Assembly (NCBI GenBank): GCA_040220235.1
Contig: JAVJTO010000132.1
DNA: 64,000 nt
Reading direction: 5' to 3' (one strand)
Source of the DNA: Coleofasciculus sp. B1-GNL1-01
Lineage (GTDB): Bacteria > Cyanobacteriota > Cyanobacteriia > Cyanobacteriales > Coleofasciculaceae
The notes beneath the pieces were generated by a model that worked only from the letters and a program-made list of their open reading frames with translations, made no database searches and was not told the origin of the DNA. Below, piece by piece: positions 1-8,823 of this stretch. A program made the position numbers and the translations under genes. Within the stretch, counting starts at the first letter, position 1. Every line of letters starts with the position of its first letter.

Positions 1-2
1 AC

Positions 3-1802
3 CTGATTGAAGTGGCTTTGGCGGTGAGTGTGCTGGCAGGTTTGGGTGTTGCGGCTATTCAAAGAAAAGCTGTTTCCCAACGTTTGAGCTTCAAGATCGT
101 TAAGATCAGCGCTGGCGTTTTCCTAATTACCTTAACCAGTATTGTCATTTTTTCTGGTGCGCTAGAGTCAGAAGCCGTAGCAGCGGGTTCTCAACCCCTG
201 AGTTTTCTGCCCTGGACAAATCCTGCCGTTGGAGTCCCCCTAGTCATTTTTTTGCTGGCAATAACCGTTATTTTCTACTCAATTCACGCCAAACCCTCTC
301 AATGGGGTGTTCTTGCCCTGTTATTGCTAGTGATTGATCTGGGTAGTTTCGGTTGGTTTTATGAGTGGCGGTATGCTGCACCAAGTCAGGATGCCTTAAC
401 CCCGACGACTGCTATTGCCCAATACCGAGACATACTAACTCAAAGTCAGCAGCGGATCTTAACGCCCAGAGGAGCAACCGGAAATTTCCATGAAATGCCG
501 CCCAATCTCTCCCGGATTTGGGGAGTTCCCAGCGCTAGCGGTTACGGACCATTGATGTTATCCCGATATAGCGAGTTATTTCCCATGGGAACAACCGGAA
601 ATGATTGGGGGCAATGGGCAGGAGCCTCTAACCGTACCTTGGATTTGATGGCTGTGCGCTATATTCTCATCCCTCCTTGGGGATTGACCCCTGTAACCAA
701 CAGCCAAGGCATCGGTTGGCATAGCGAGGATATGAGCCTCAGCCTGGGGAAAGATTGTCTGACTAATCCGTCGAACTCGGTTAAATTTTATGTACCCTCT
801 CAGCCTCAAGCAACAGCGATTGGAATTGTCAGTGCAATGGCTTGCTCCCAAGGGTTGCCTAATGATGCACAAGTCTTGCGAATCTCAGTACAGGATGTCA
901 CCGGAGAGACTGTAACTCAGACCCTGCGTGCTGGCAGAGATACGGCGGAATGGGCTGATGACTGTAGCGATGTACGACCTCAAGTGCAGCATAAACGAGC
1001 GCCCATCTTTAGCAGTGTTCCCCATAAACGACCCTCTTTTCCCGATTGTGAGCGGCACAATTACCTCAGCGTGCTACCCCTAAACCTGATGCATCCGGTT
1101 CAGGACATCCAGTTGGAATGGATTGGCGCATCGGGTGCAATTACCCTTCATAAGATGAGTTTGATTAATCAGTCAACCGGGCAATCCTACCCGATTACAG
1201 AAGTCTCCAGCGCTTTAGCCAACCCAACTCGGTGGCGGCGGATGCCGGATATTCCAGCTTCTGGAGAAAAACCCTCAAATGCTGGAGGCTACTGGGGCGC
1301 TCAGGTTTATGAGAATCGGCGAGCTATGCCTAGAGCCTGGTTAGTTCCAGAGGTTGTCAGCGCCAAGCCTAACCAGATCCTTGAGGCGATTCAATCCTCT
1401 CGATTACCGGATGGGCGTCCTTACGAACCAACTCAGGTGGCTTTGGTTGAAGTACCCCTCAACTTTAAAGCCAAAAATCCCGACTTGGCAGCTACTGCCC
1501 AAGTTTTGAGTCTATCGAATACCCAAATTGAGGTGCAAACGGATTCCACTTCTCCGGCTTTCCTGGTGTTAAGTGATGTGTATTACCCCGGTTGGAGAGC
1601 CACAATTGATGGTAAACCGACGCCTATCTTTCAAACAAACTATGTCCTGCGAGGTGTTCAAGTTCCCGCCGGAAACCATCGGGTTACCTTTGAGTTCAAT
1701 CCGGTCAGTTTTCATATTGGCTTGGGCGTGAGTAGTGCATCTCTGGTTTTGTTGGGCTATTCAGCATGGAAACTTTCGCGAAGCCAGGAACGACATAACT
1801 GA
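3..1802 (+). CDS. YfhO-family (GT-C-like) polytopic membrane protein, 5' part outside window
   Basis: Frame open from window start; TM segments, then YfhO-type C-terminal motif 'LVLSDVYYPGWRATIDG...NYVLRGVQVPAGNHRVTFEF' and a final TM helix. Confidence 0.75.
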   Translation: MIEVALAVSVLAGLGVAAIQRKAVSQRLSFKIVKISAGVFLITLTSIVIFSGALESEAVAAGSQPLSFLPWTNPAVGVPLVIFLLAITVIFYSIHAKPSQWGVLALLLLVIDLGSFGWFYEWRYAAPSQDALTPTTAIAQYRDILTQSQQRILTPRGATGNFHEMPPNLSRIWGVPSASGYGPLMLSRYSELFPMGTTGNDWGQWAGASNRTLDLMAVRYILIPPWGLTPVTNSQGIGWHSEDMSLSLGKDCLTNPSNSVKFYVPSQPQATAIGIVSAMACSQGLPNDAQVLRISVQDVTGETVTQTLRAGRDTAEWADDCSDVRPQVQHKRAPIFSSVPHKRPSFPDCERHNYLSVLPLNLMHPVQDIQLEWIGASGAITLHKMSLINQSTGQSYPITEVSSALANPTRWRRMPDIPASGEKPSNAGGYWGAQVYENRRAMPRAWLVPEVVSAKPNQILEAIQSSRLPDGRPYEPTQVALVEVPLNFKAKNPDLAATAQVLSLSNTQIEVQTDSTSPAFLVLSDVYYPGWRATIDGKPTPIFQTNYVLRGVQVPAGNHRVTFEFNPVSFHIGLGVSSASLVLLGYSAWKLSRSQERHN

Positions 1803-2025
1803 TTTAGACTCAATGGCACTGAAAAGCGTGCATTTGGAGATCACCAAAACCCTTACTATACCGTAGGCACTGCCCACCAGCTTTAATCTGCGTTCCCTTC
1901 GATTTAGACTTCCTTGATCCAGTTATCAGGGTATATTCAGCAGACTACTATATACTCTGTATTGCAGCCCATGGAGGGATGGCGCGATCGCAAGTCTTCT
2001 CCATCAATTAAGTAAGGAGAGAGGA

Positions 2026-3015
2026 ATGAAGTGGACGGGCAAAAACGTTGTCGTGACTGGTGCAGGTGGCTTCATTGGTAGTCATCTATGTGAAGCGTTG
2101 CTCGAAGCAGGCGCTCAAGTTACAGCAATCATCCGCTACAACTCGCAAAACAATTGGGGTAATCTGGAACTATTGTCGCCCCAACATCGAGCCGCCCTGA
2201 ATGTCGTCGCTGGCAATATTGAGGATGGTGATTTTGTCAATCGCCAGGTCAAAAACCAGCACGTTATTTTTCATCTGGCGGCGCTAATCGGGATACCTTA
2301 TTCCTATATTGCTCCCCGCAGCTATATTCGCACCAATATCGAAGGGACGATGAATGTCCTAGAAGCAGGACGCAACTTCGACCTCGAACGGATTGTTCAT
2401 ACATCAACCTCAGAAACTTACGGTACTGCTAAATATACCCCCATTGACGAAAACCATCCCTTGCAGGGTCAATCTCCCTACTCGGCGTCTAAAATTGGCG
2501 CTGATAAAATGGCTGAAAGCTATTACCTATCCTTTGGTCTACCCGTTTCCACGATTCGACCCTTTAATACCTATGGTCCGCGTCAGTCAGCCCGCGCCGT
2601 GATTCCCACTATCATCAGTCAAGCCTTAACCCAAAATCAAATCCGTTTAGGATCACTAGACCCAGTACGCGATTTGACTTATGTTAAGGACACAGTGAGG
2701 GGATTTATTAACGTGGCGGAATCGCAACAGACGATTGGCAAGGTGACGAATGTTGGTTTTGGTAAAGGGATTACGATTGGAGAATTAGCCAAAACAATTC
2801 TTTCCTTGATGGAGAGTGACAAACCCATTGTTCTCGATAACCGTCGAGTGCGTCCCAGTAAAAGCGAAGTATTCAAGCTCATCTGTGACAATACCCAAGC
2901 CCGGGAAAGAACGGGTTGGCAACCCCACTATTCACTGGAGGCTGGGTTAAAAGAAGTAATTACCTTTGTCTCAAATAACCAAACTCTTTTTAAATCAGAG
3001 CAGTATACGGTGTGA
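2026..3015 (+). CDS. NAD-dependent NDP-sugar 4,6-dehydratase (extended SDR)
   Basis: GAGGFIG Rossmann motif, TSTSETYG, YSASK, RPFNTYGPRQ; AAGGAG RBS upstream. Confidence 0.85.
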   Translation: MKWTGKNVVVTGAGGFIGSHLCEALLEAGAQVTAIIRYNSQNNWGNLELLSPQHRAALNVVAGNIEDGDFVNRQVKNQHVIFHLAALIGIPYSYIAPRSYIRTNIEGTMNVLEAGRNFDLERIVHTSTSETYGTAKYTPIDENHPLQGQSPYSASKIGADKMAESYYLSFGLPVSTIRPFNTYGPRQSARAVIPTIISQALTQNQIRLGSLDPVRDLTYVKDTVRGFINVAESQQTIGKVTNVGFGKGITIGELAKTILSLMESDKPIVLDNRRVRPSKSEVFKLICDNTQARERTGWQPHYSLEAGLKEVITFVSNNQTLFKSEQYTV

Positions 3016-3026
3016 GGTTTAAATCA

Positions 3027-3743
3027 ATGCAGGCTTTAATTCTCGCCGGCGGTCGAGGAACTCGGTTACATCCTTATACTACTGTGCTTCCTAAGCCGCT
3101 GATGCCCGTGGGTGACTATCCGATTTTGGAGATTATCTTACGACAACTTAAAGGTGCAGGAATCACGGATGTCATCCTGGCTGTGGGATATTTAAGCCAA
3201 TTGCTTGAGGCTTTTTTTCAAAAGGGTGAACGTCTGGGCTTGAATATTAGCTATTCATTCGAGGAACGGGCTTTGGGAACTGCCGGTCCAATTGCTTTGG
3301 CGATGGATCAGTTAGAGGATGATTTTCTGGTTATGAATGGTGATTTAATGACAACATTAAAGTACCAGAATATCATGGCTTTTCATCAAGATCAGGGTGC
3401 AGCAGCCACCATTGGTATCTATCAACGGGATGTGAAGGTCGATTTTGGCGTCCTGGAAACCGATGCTCAAGGAAAGCTAGTGCGTTACGTGGAAAAACCC
3501 ACCTATCATTTTGATGTCAGTATGGGCGTTAATGTTCTTAAGAAAAATGCCATCCAGCCTTATTTAAAAGTTGGTGAGTATTTAGATATTCCTGACCTAA
3601 TGCGGAAATTATGTCAAGATGGTCATCCGGTTCATTGCTATCGTGAATCCTGTTACTGGCTGGATATTGGCAGAATGGACGACTATCGAACAGCCACTGA
3701 AATCTTTGAATCAAGACAAGCCGAATTTCTGCCTAATTTATGA
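3027..3743 (+). CDS. Sugar-phosphate nucleotidyltransferase (mannose-1-P guanylyltransferase-like)
   Basis: ILAGGRGTRL..T..LPKPL, LGTAG, VMNGD, EKP, WLDIG; ATG at 3027 preferred over GTG 3012. Confidence 0.85.
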   Translation: MQALILAGGRGTRLHPYTTVLPKPLMPVGDYPILEIILRQLKGAGITDVILAVGYLSQLLEAFFQKGERLGLNISYSFEERALGTAGPIALAMDQLEDDFLVMNGDLMTTLKYQNIMAFHQDQGAAATIGIYQRDVKVDFGVLETDAQGKLVRYVEKPTYHFDVSMGVNVLKKNAIQPYLKVGEYLDIPDLMRKLCQDGHPVHCYRESCYWLDIGRMDDYRTATEIFESRQAEFLPNL

Positions 3744-4657
3744 CAAAAGCCCTAATTACAGGTGGGGGTGGGTTTTGCGGACGGCATCTAATTTCTTATC
3801 TAGAACGTCAGGGTATAGAAATTTATACCCTTGGCACTCAACCCGCCTCTAAACATCATTACAATTTAACGGATACGGCTGACGTTTGTGCTCTAGCCAA
3901 AACCATTCAAGCTGTCCAGCCGAACTATGTGTTTCACTTAGCTGGTGTCGCCCGTTCTAGCAACCCCACGTTATTCTACCAGGTGAATACCGTCTATGGG
4001 GCGACACTCTTGCATGCCTTAGAGATTACAGGCTATCAGGATTGTCCTGTCCTGTTAGTGGGGACATCGGCTGAATATGGTTTAGTGAGTCCTGAACAAG
4101 TTCCCATTCATGAACAGACGCCAACCTGTCCTTATAGTCACTACGGGATTAGTAAACTTTCCCAAACGTTAATGGGACTTGCCTTATCCAGACAAGGGAG
4201 ACCCTTAGTTATGGTCAGACCGTTTAATATAATTGGTGCTGGTATGCCTGAGTATCTGTCTATCCAAAGCTTTGTCCAGCAAATTACGGCAATCGCCCAA
4301 GGTCAACACCCTTCAATAATCAACGTCGGTAATTTAAGTAGTTCCAGAGATTTTATTGATATCCAAGAGGTGATTAAAATTTACTGGCAATTAATCCGGA
4401 CACCAACAGCCTATGGACAGGTGATTAATGTTTGCTCGGGACAAGGTATACTCATGAGTGATCTACTGCACAAGCTGATCGAGATAGCTAATATCGATGT
4501 AGACATTCAAACCGATCCCGCCCGATTCAAACCTGTTGATGTTCCCGTTCATTATGGTAGCATTGAAAAATTGCAAATGCTGCTGGGTTATGCGCCCCAA
4601 ACCAAGCTTGAGTCAGTGATACATTCAATCGTTTCGGAGATCAATACCCACCCATGA
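3740..4657 (+). CDS. NDP-4-keto-6-deoxysugar reductase / epimerase (Rmd-like SDR)
   Basis: TGGGGFCG, YGISK, RPFNIIG, GNL...RDFID, NVCSG; ATGA overlap with upstream gene. Confidence 0.75.
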   Translation: MTKALITGGGGFCGRHLISYLERQGIEIYTLGTQPASKHHYNLTDTADVCALAKTIQAVQPNYVFHLAGVARSSNPTLFYQVNTVYGATLLHALEITGYQDCPVLLVGTSAEYGLVSPEQVPIHEQTPTCPYSHYGISKLSQTLMGLALSRQGRPLVMVRPFNIIGAGMPEYLSIQSFVQQITAIAQGQHPSIINVGNLSSSRDFIDIQEVIKIYWQLIRTPTAYGQVINVCSGQGILMSDLLHKLIEIANIDVDIQTDPARFKPVDVPVHYGSIEKLQMLLGYAPQTKLESVIHSIVSEINTHP

Positions 4658-5601
4658 AAACCTTAACGATTATTAGCCCAGTTTACAACGAAGAAGAGGT
4701 GATCAACGATTTCTACACGGAACTTAGGGGGGTGCTAGCTGGATTATCACCGCGTTATGATTCCAAAATTTTATTTGTGGTTGACCGCAGCAGCGATGCG
4801 AGTTTTGAAATCTTAAAATCAATCGCTGAACAGGATAAAGCTGTACAGATTCTATTGATGTCGTCTCGGTTTGGTCATCAAATGTCACTCCTAGCCGGAA
4901 TTGATCATAGTGATTCTGATGTTTTAATTATGCTAGATAGCGACTTACAGCATCCCCCGTCCTTGATTCCCAAAATGTTGATGAAGTATGAACAAGGCTA
5001 TGATATTGTTTATACAATTCGCCAAGATTCTAAGGATATTAGTATTTTTAAACGCTTGACCTCTAAACTATTCTACAAAATCATCAACAAACTCTCAGAC
5101 GTCCCCATCAATGAAAGTGCTGCAGATTTTAGATTAATATCTAACCGTGTAGCCAAAACATTTAAACATAAAATTCGAGAAAGAAACCAATTTCTGCGGG
5201 GTCTTTTTAGTTGGGTGGGGTTTAGAAGCACAAGTATTTATTTTCAAGTCAGGAAGCGGAGAGCAGGTCGGAGCAAATACTCACTAAACCGGATGATTCA
5301 GTTTGGATTAGAGGGAGTTGTTTCCTTTAGCAAAAAACCGCTCAAAGCCGCCATTATTACTGGCTTTATTTTTGCCCTATTTGGCTTTATCTATGCCCTT
5401 ATATCCGTCGTTCAATATTTTATTTATGCCTCCCTGCCTTCGGGGTGGACAACTCTCGTCTTTTTAGTGTCAATATTTAGTGGAGTACAACTCATTTTTT
5501 TAGGTATAATCGGAGAATATATTGGCGCAATCTTTGATGAAGTTAAAGGGAGACCCCACTACATTATTGAAGACAAGGTAAATTTTAATCACGATGAATG
5601 A
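4654..5601 (+). CDS. GT2 polyprenol-phosphate glycosyltransferase (GtrB-like)
   Basis: PVYNEE, SRFGHQ, DSDLQHPP, DFRL, two C-terminal TM helices, GEYIG...KGRPHYII. Confidence 0.9.
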   Translation: MKTLTIISPVYNEEEVINDFYTELRGVLAGLSPRYDSKILFVVDRSSDASFEILKSIAEQDKAVQILLMSSRFGHQMSLLAGIDHSDSDVLIMLDSDLQHPPSLIPKMLMKYEQGYDIVYTIRQDSKDISIFKRLTSKLFYKIINKLSDVPINESAADFRLISNRVAKTFKHKIRERNQFLRGLFSWVGFRSTSIYFQVRKRRAGRSKYSLNRMIQFGLEGVVSFSKKPLKAAIITGFIFALFGFIYALISVVQYFIYASLPSGWTTLVFLVSIFSGVQLIFLGIIGEYIGAIFDEVKGRPHYIIEDKVNFNHDE

Positions 5602-6436
5602 ATGTATTGTTTGTGGAACGACGCAGCATGAATCGGTCTATAAAGGTCTGCTAAAATGCCAGCGGTGTGGTCATACGGTTGCTGATTTAAACCTGACTGA
5701 TGCCGAACTATTTAAACTTTATAGCCGAAATTATTTCTTCGGAGAAGAGTATAGCGATTATGTCGCAGATAAAAAAGTCATGCAGAAGAATTTCAAGTTA
5801 CGATTGAAAACACTGCAGACATTTCTCAACCCCACGTTTCACCGTAATTTACTGGAAATTGGCTGCGCTTACGGATTTTTCCTGGAGTTTGCCCAGCATG
5901 ACTTTGATCACGTTCAGGGAATTGATATTACTGAAGAAGGTGTTCGATATGCCCGTGAAACCTTGCACCTTGATGCAATTCAGTCAGATTTGCTCAAGCA
6001 TGACTTTGGTGAGCAAAAGTTTGATGTTGTCTGTATGTGGGATACAATCGAACATTTAGGTCAACCTCACTTCTATATTGAAAAGATCAGCAAACAGATG
6101 AATCCCGGTGGGCTTATCGCCATCACAACCGGTGACATTAGCAGTCTGAATGCCCGAATCAGAAGAAGCAATTGGCGATTAATTCATCCTCCGACTCATC
6201 TGCATTACTTTTCGGGCAAAACACTGGAAAAAATGCTCAACAATTATGGGTTTGATGTTGTTTACAATCGATATTGTGGTTTTTATCGGAGTGTGGACAA
6301 TATTGCCTATAATATTTTTGTGCTGCGGCAAAATAATCCCAAACTGTATCATTGGCTGAAGCGACTCCGATTGACGGATTGGTATTTCTATCTGAACTTG
6401 TATGACATTATGTATGTCATTGCTAGGAAACGCTGA
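5594..6436 (+). CDS. Class I SAM-dependent methyltransferase with N-terminal Zn-ribbon
   Basis: CIVC..CQRC, LLEIGCAYGFF, FDVVCMWDTIEH, PPTHLHYF. Confidence 0.85.
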   Translation: MNECIVCGTTQHESVYKGLLKCQRCGHTVADLNLTDAELFKLYSRNYFFGEEYSDYVADKKVMQKNFKLRLKTLQTFLNPTFHRNLLEIGCAYGFFLEFAQHDFDHVQGIDITEEGVRYARETLHLDAIQSDLLKHDFGEQKFDVVCMWDTIEHLGQPHFYIEKISKQMNPGGLIAITTGDISSLNARIRRSNWRLIHPPTHLHYFSGKTLEKMLNNYGFDVVYNRYCGFYRSVDNIAYNIFVLRQNNPKLYHWLKRLRLTDWYFYLNLYDIMYVIARKR

Positions 6437-6447
6437 ACTCAATATGA

Positions 6448-6577
6448 TAAGTAGGTGGACACAATAAAGGCTAACGGTGGAGATCGTCATTCGTCATTTG
6501 TCATTTGTCCTTCGTAAGGGTTTGAGGCTTGTTTACAAAACTTAGTACAGTACTGTTTTCTTTTGTCCGACTACTTA
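6448..6577. mobile_element. MITE-like element with imperfect terminal inverted repeats, TA ends
   Basis: Left TAAGTAGGTGGACACAA vs reverse complement of right end TAAGTAGTCGGACAAAA; internal TCATTTG heptamers. Confidence 0.6.
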
Positions 6578-6630
6578 CATGTACTAGGATCAGACCATTT
6601 TTGCACAAAACGTTCAAGTAGGTTAAACCC

Positions 6631-7038
6631 ATGAGATTAAAAAAATATAGAAAAGCAAAGCTTACCAAGAAATTTATTAGATATGCAATTGTTGGCGCAA
6701 TAGGTACGGCTATCTATTTATTTATTCTAACGTTATTAATCGAATTTTTACGCTATGACCCAGTAATTAGTTCGACTTTGGCCTTTATCATTATTGTGAT
6801 TATTTCTTATATCTTGAACTATAAGTGGACATTTAGAGCTAAAAGTAGACATCGGATTTCTTTCCCTCGTTACCTGACAGTCTCTTTTATCGGCTTATTA
6901 TTAAATACGATAATTATGTTTCTAGCGGTGAATGTTTTTTCGATCTGGTATGGACTTGCCCAAGTAATTGCCATAGTTTTAATTCCTATCAGCAATTTTA
7001 TATTAAACTTTTATTGGTCATTTAAAAGTAAAAATTAG
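6631..7038 (+). CDS. GtrA-family flippase
   Basis: 135 aa, four TM helices, FIRYAIVG...SYILNYKWTF...NFILNFYWSF. Confidence 0.85.
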   Translation: MRLKKYRKAKLTKKFIRYAIVGAIGTAIYLFILTLLIEFLRYDPVISSTLAFIIIVIISYILNYKWTFRAKSRHRISFPRYLTVSFIGLLLNTIIMFLAVNVFSIWYGLAQVIAIVLIPISNFILNFYWSFKSKN

Positions 7039-7053
7039 CGGATTTTTGAATTC

Positions 7054-8217
7054 ATGCTAAAAATTGTCATTGATGCCACTCCTGTTCAACCCAATCCTAG
7101 TGGAGTTGGTCTTTACGTCTTAAATTTAATTGAATCCCTACTCAAGCTACAAGTCCAGGAAAATTTTCAACTGGGCATTGCTTACCAACCAGGCTTCAAA
7201 AATTGGCTGCGTGGCTGTTTCTCCCTTCCCGACTCTCTACAACAAGTTTCTCCTATTTACTTAGTTCCTATACCCGTTCGAGTCTCAAACCTTATCTTAT
7301 CTCTTCCAGCTAACATTGTTTCCCAGTATTTTGAGAATTGCCTGGGTTCACCCGATATTGTTCAGGGAACCAATTATTCCGTGTATCCCTGTAAAAATAG
7401 CCAAAGAATTATTAATATTTATGATTTAAGCTTTATCAAATATCCTGACTATATTGATTCTACAGTTGCCACCTATAAAAAACGAATTAAGAGATACTTA
7501 CAGTGGACTGACTTAATTCTCACGATTTCCGAAAGCTCTAAACGCGATATTGTGAACTATTTAGGAGTCAATCATCAACAGATTTATGTCACCCCCCTAG
7601 CTAGCCGCTATTCATCAGGTTACTTGAAAAACTATCTTAGAAATCAGGTCATGGAATCCATTGACTATGACTTTTCACAACCTTACCTTCTGTTTGTGAG
7701 TACCATAGAACCCCGAAAGAATATTCAAACCTTAATTAATGCCTTTAACTTACTAAAACAAACCGTTAAGCTAGAGCATCACTTAGTCTTAATTGGTAGA
7801 AAAGGGTGGCATTATCAACCGATATTTTACGCTATTGAAAACTCTCCCTGGAGTCACCATATTCATCATTTGAACTACCTATCAGATGAACAGGTTGCCT
7901 TTTTCTACTCTAAAGCCGATGTCTTTGTTTATCCCTCCCACTACGAAGGGTTTGGTCTTCCGGTTCTCGAAGCCATGACCCTTGGTGCTCCTGTGGTTAC
8001 TTCCAATACCTCCTCTTTACCTGAAGTCGCTGGTGATGCAGCCCTTCTCATTGATCCGAACGACTCCATACAGTTAGCTGAGGCTATTTTAAAAATCATC
8101 AGTGACACTCAATTCCGCCAAGAATTAATTCACAAAGGCAAAGCAAGAGCTAAACTATTCTCTTGGGAAAGAACGGCACAAGAAACCCTAAACGCCTATA
8201 AATCTATACTCAGTTAA
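7054..8217 (+). CDS. GT4 glycosyltransferase (mannosyltransferase-like)
   Basis: [42 protein letters not shown]. Confidence 0.9.
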   Translation: MLKIVIDATPVQPNPSGVGLYVLNLIESLLKLQVQENFQLGIAYQPGFKNWLRGCFSLPDSLQQVSPIYLVPIPVRVSNLILSLPANIVSQYFENCLGSPDIVQGTNYSVYPCKNSQRIINIYDLSFIKYPDYIDSTVATYKKRIKRYLQWTDLILTISESSKRDIVNYLGVNHQQIYVTPLASRYSSGYLKNYLRNQVMESIDYDFSQPYLLFVSTIEPRKNIQTLINAFNLLKQTVKLEHHLVLIGRKGWHYQPIFYAIENSPWSHHIHHLNYLSDEQVAFFYSKADVFVYPSHYEGFGLPVLEAMTLGAPVVTSNTSSLPEVAGDAALLIDPNDSIQLAEAILKIISDTQFRQELIHKGKARAKLFSWERTAQETLNAYKSILS

Positions 8218-8483
8218 TAAATTCTTTAATCCATCATTTAACCTTGTCTTCCCCCCTATTAGTCAACCTTTCCATCCTCTTTGCTCAACCCACTGGCATC
8301 GCCACCTATGCTGCCAACCTATTCTCCTACTTAAAACCCCTAGATCCCACCCTACTCATTTCACCTCTCACGTCAAACCACTTCCCCCTCGCCTCTGACT
8401 TTCACAGCTACCCTGTTCCCGCCAACCTCAGCCCTGCCCATGGAACAAAAGGACACTTCCGTCGCCTGTTATGGACTCAATTC
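8210..8483 (+). repeat. Diverged direct repeat of 15071-15344; truncated 5' copy (from 8244) of the GT4 gene at 15105
   Basis: Manual alignment: about 18 substitutions over ~274 bp, no indels, mostly synonymous; same first ~80 aa as the 15105 protein. Confidence 0.9.
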
Positions 8484-8580
8484 AAACACCCATTCCCCAG
8501 CATCCCGATATCCTCGCGTTGGGGTTCACTAACAGTCCGTAAATATCTAGACAATTAGTGACATAACTGGACATTTTCTA

Positions 8581-8589
8581 TGATATAAT
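8581..8589 (+). promoter_or_regulatory. Extended -10 promoter (TGnTATAAT) for tnpA-tnpB
   Basis: TGATATAAT 6 nt upstream of the tnpA ATG, adjoining the left-end repeats. Confidence 0.5.
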
Positions 8590-8595
8590 CAGGAA

Positions 8596-8823
8596 ATGTC
8601 TAGTTTAACTGCCCAAGAAGCGGCTACTCGACTAGGTGTGACGGTCTTGCACGTTGCACCGATGGCAACTCAACGGCTCTCATTCGATCTTCTCGGACGG
8701 CTGGCGGTCCGGAGTCGATATGATATTGTTGACTTAATTGGCAATAAATCGGGTAACGAATTAACCGTTGGCGTAGCCGCGAGTATCTAGTCAGAACTGA
8801 GGGAGGTAGCCAAAAAGCTATGA
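8596..8823 (+). pseudogene. tnpA: IS607 TnpA serine recombinase remnant (frameshifted, internally deleted)
   Basis: Across frameshifts reads MSSLTAQEAATRLGVTV-TLHRWQLNG-IRSSRTAGG-RYDIVDLIG...ELTVG-RVSS (MerR-like HTH + YARVSS-like motif), then jumps to a C-terminal LREVAKKL* overlapping the tnpB ATG. Confidence 0.8.
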
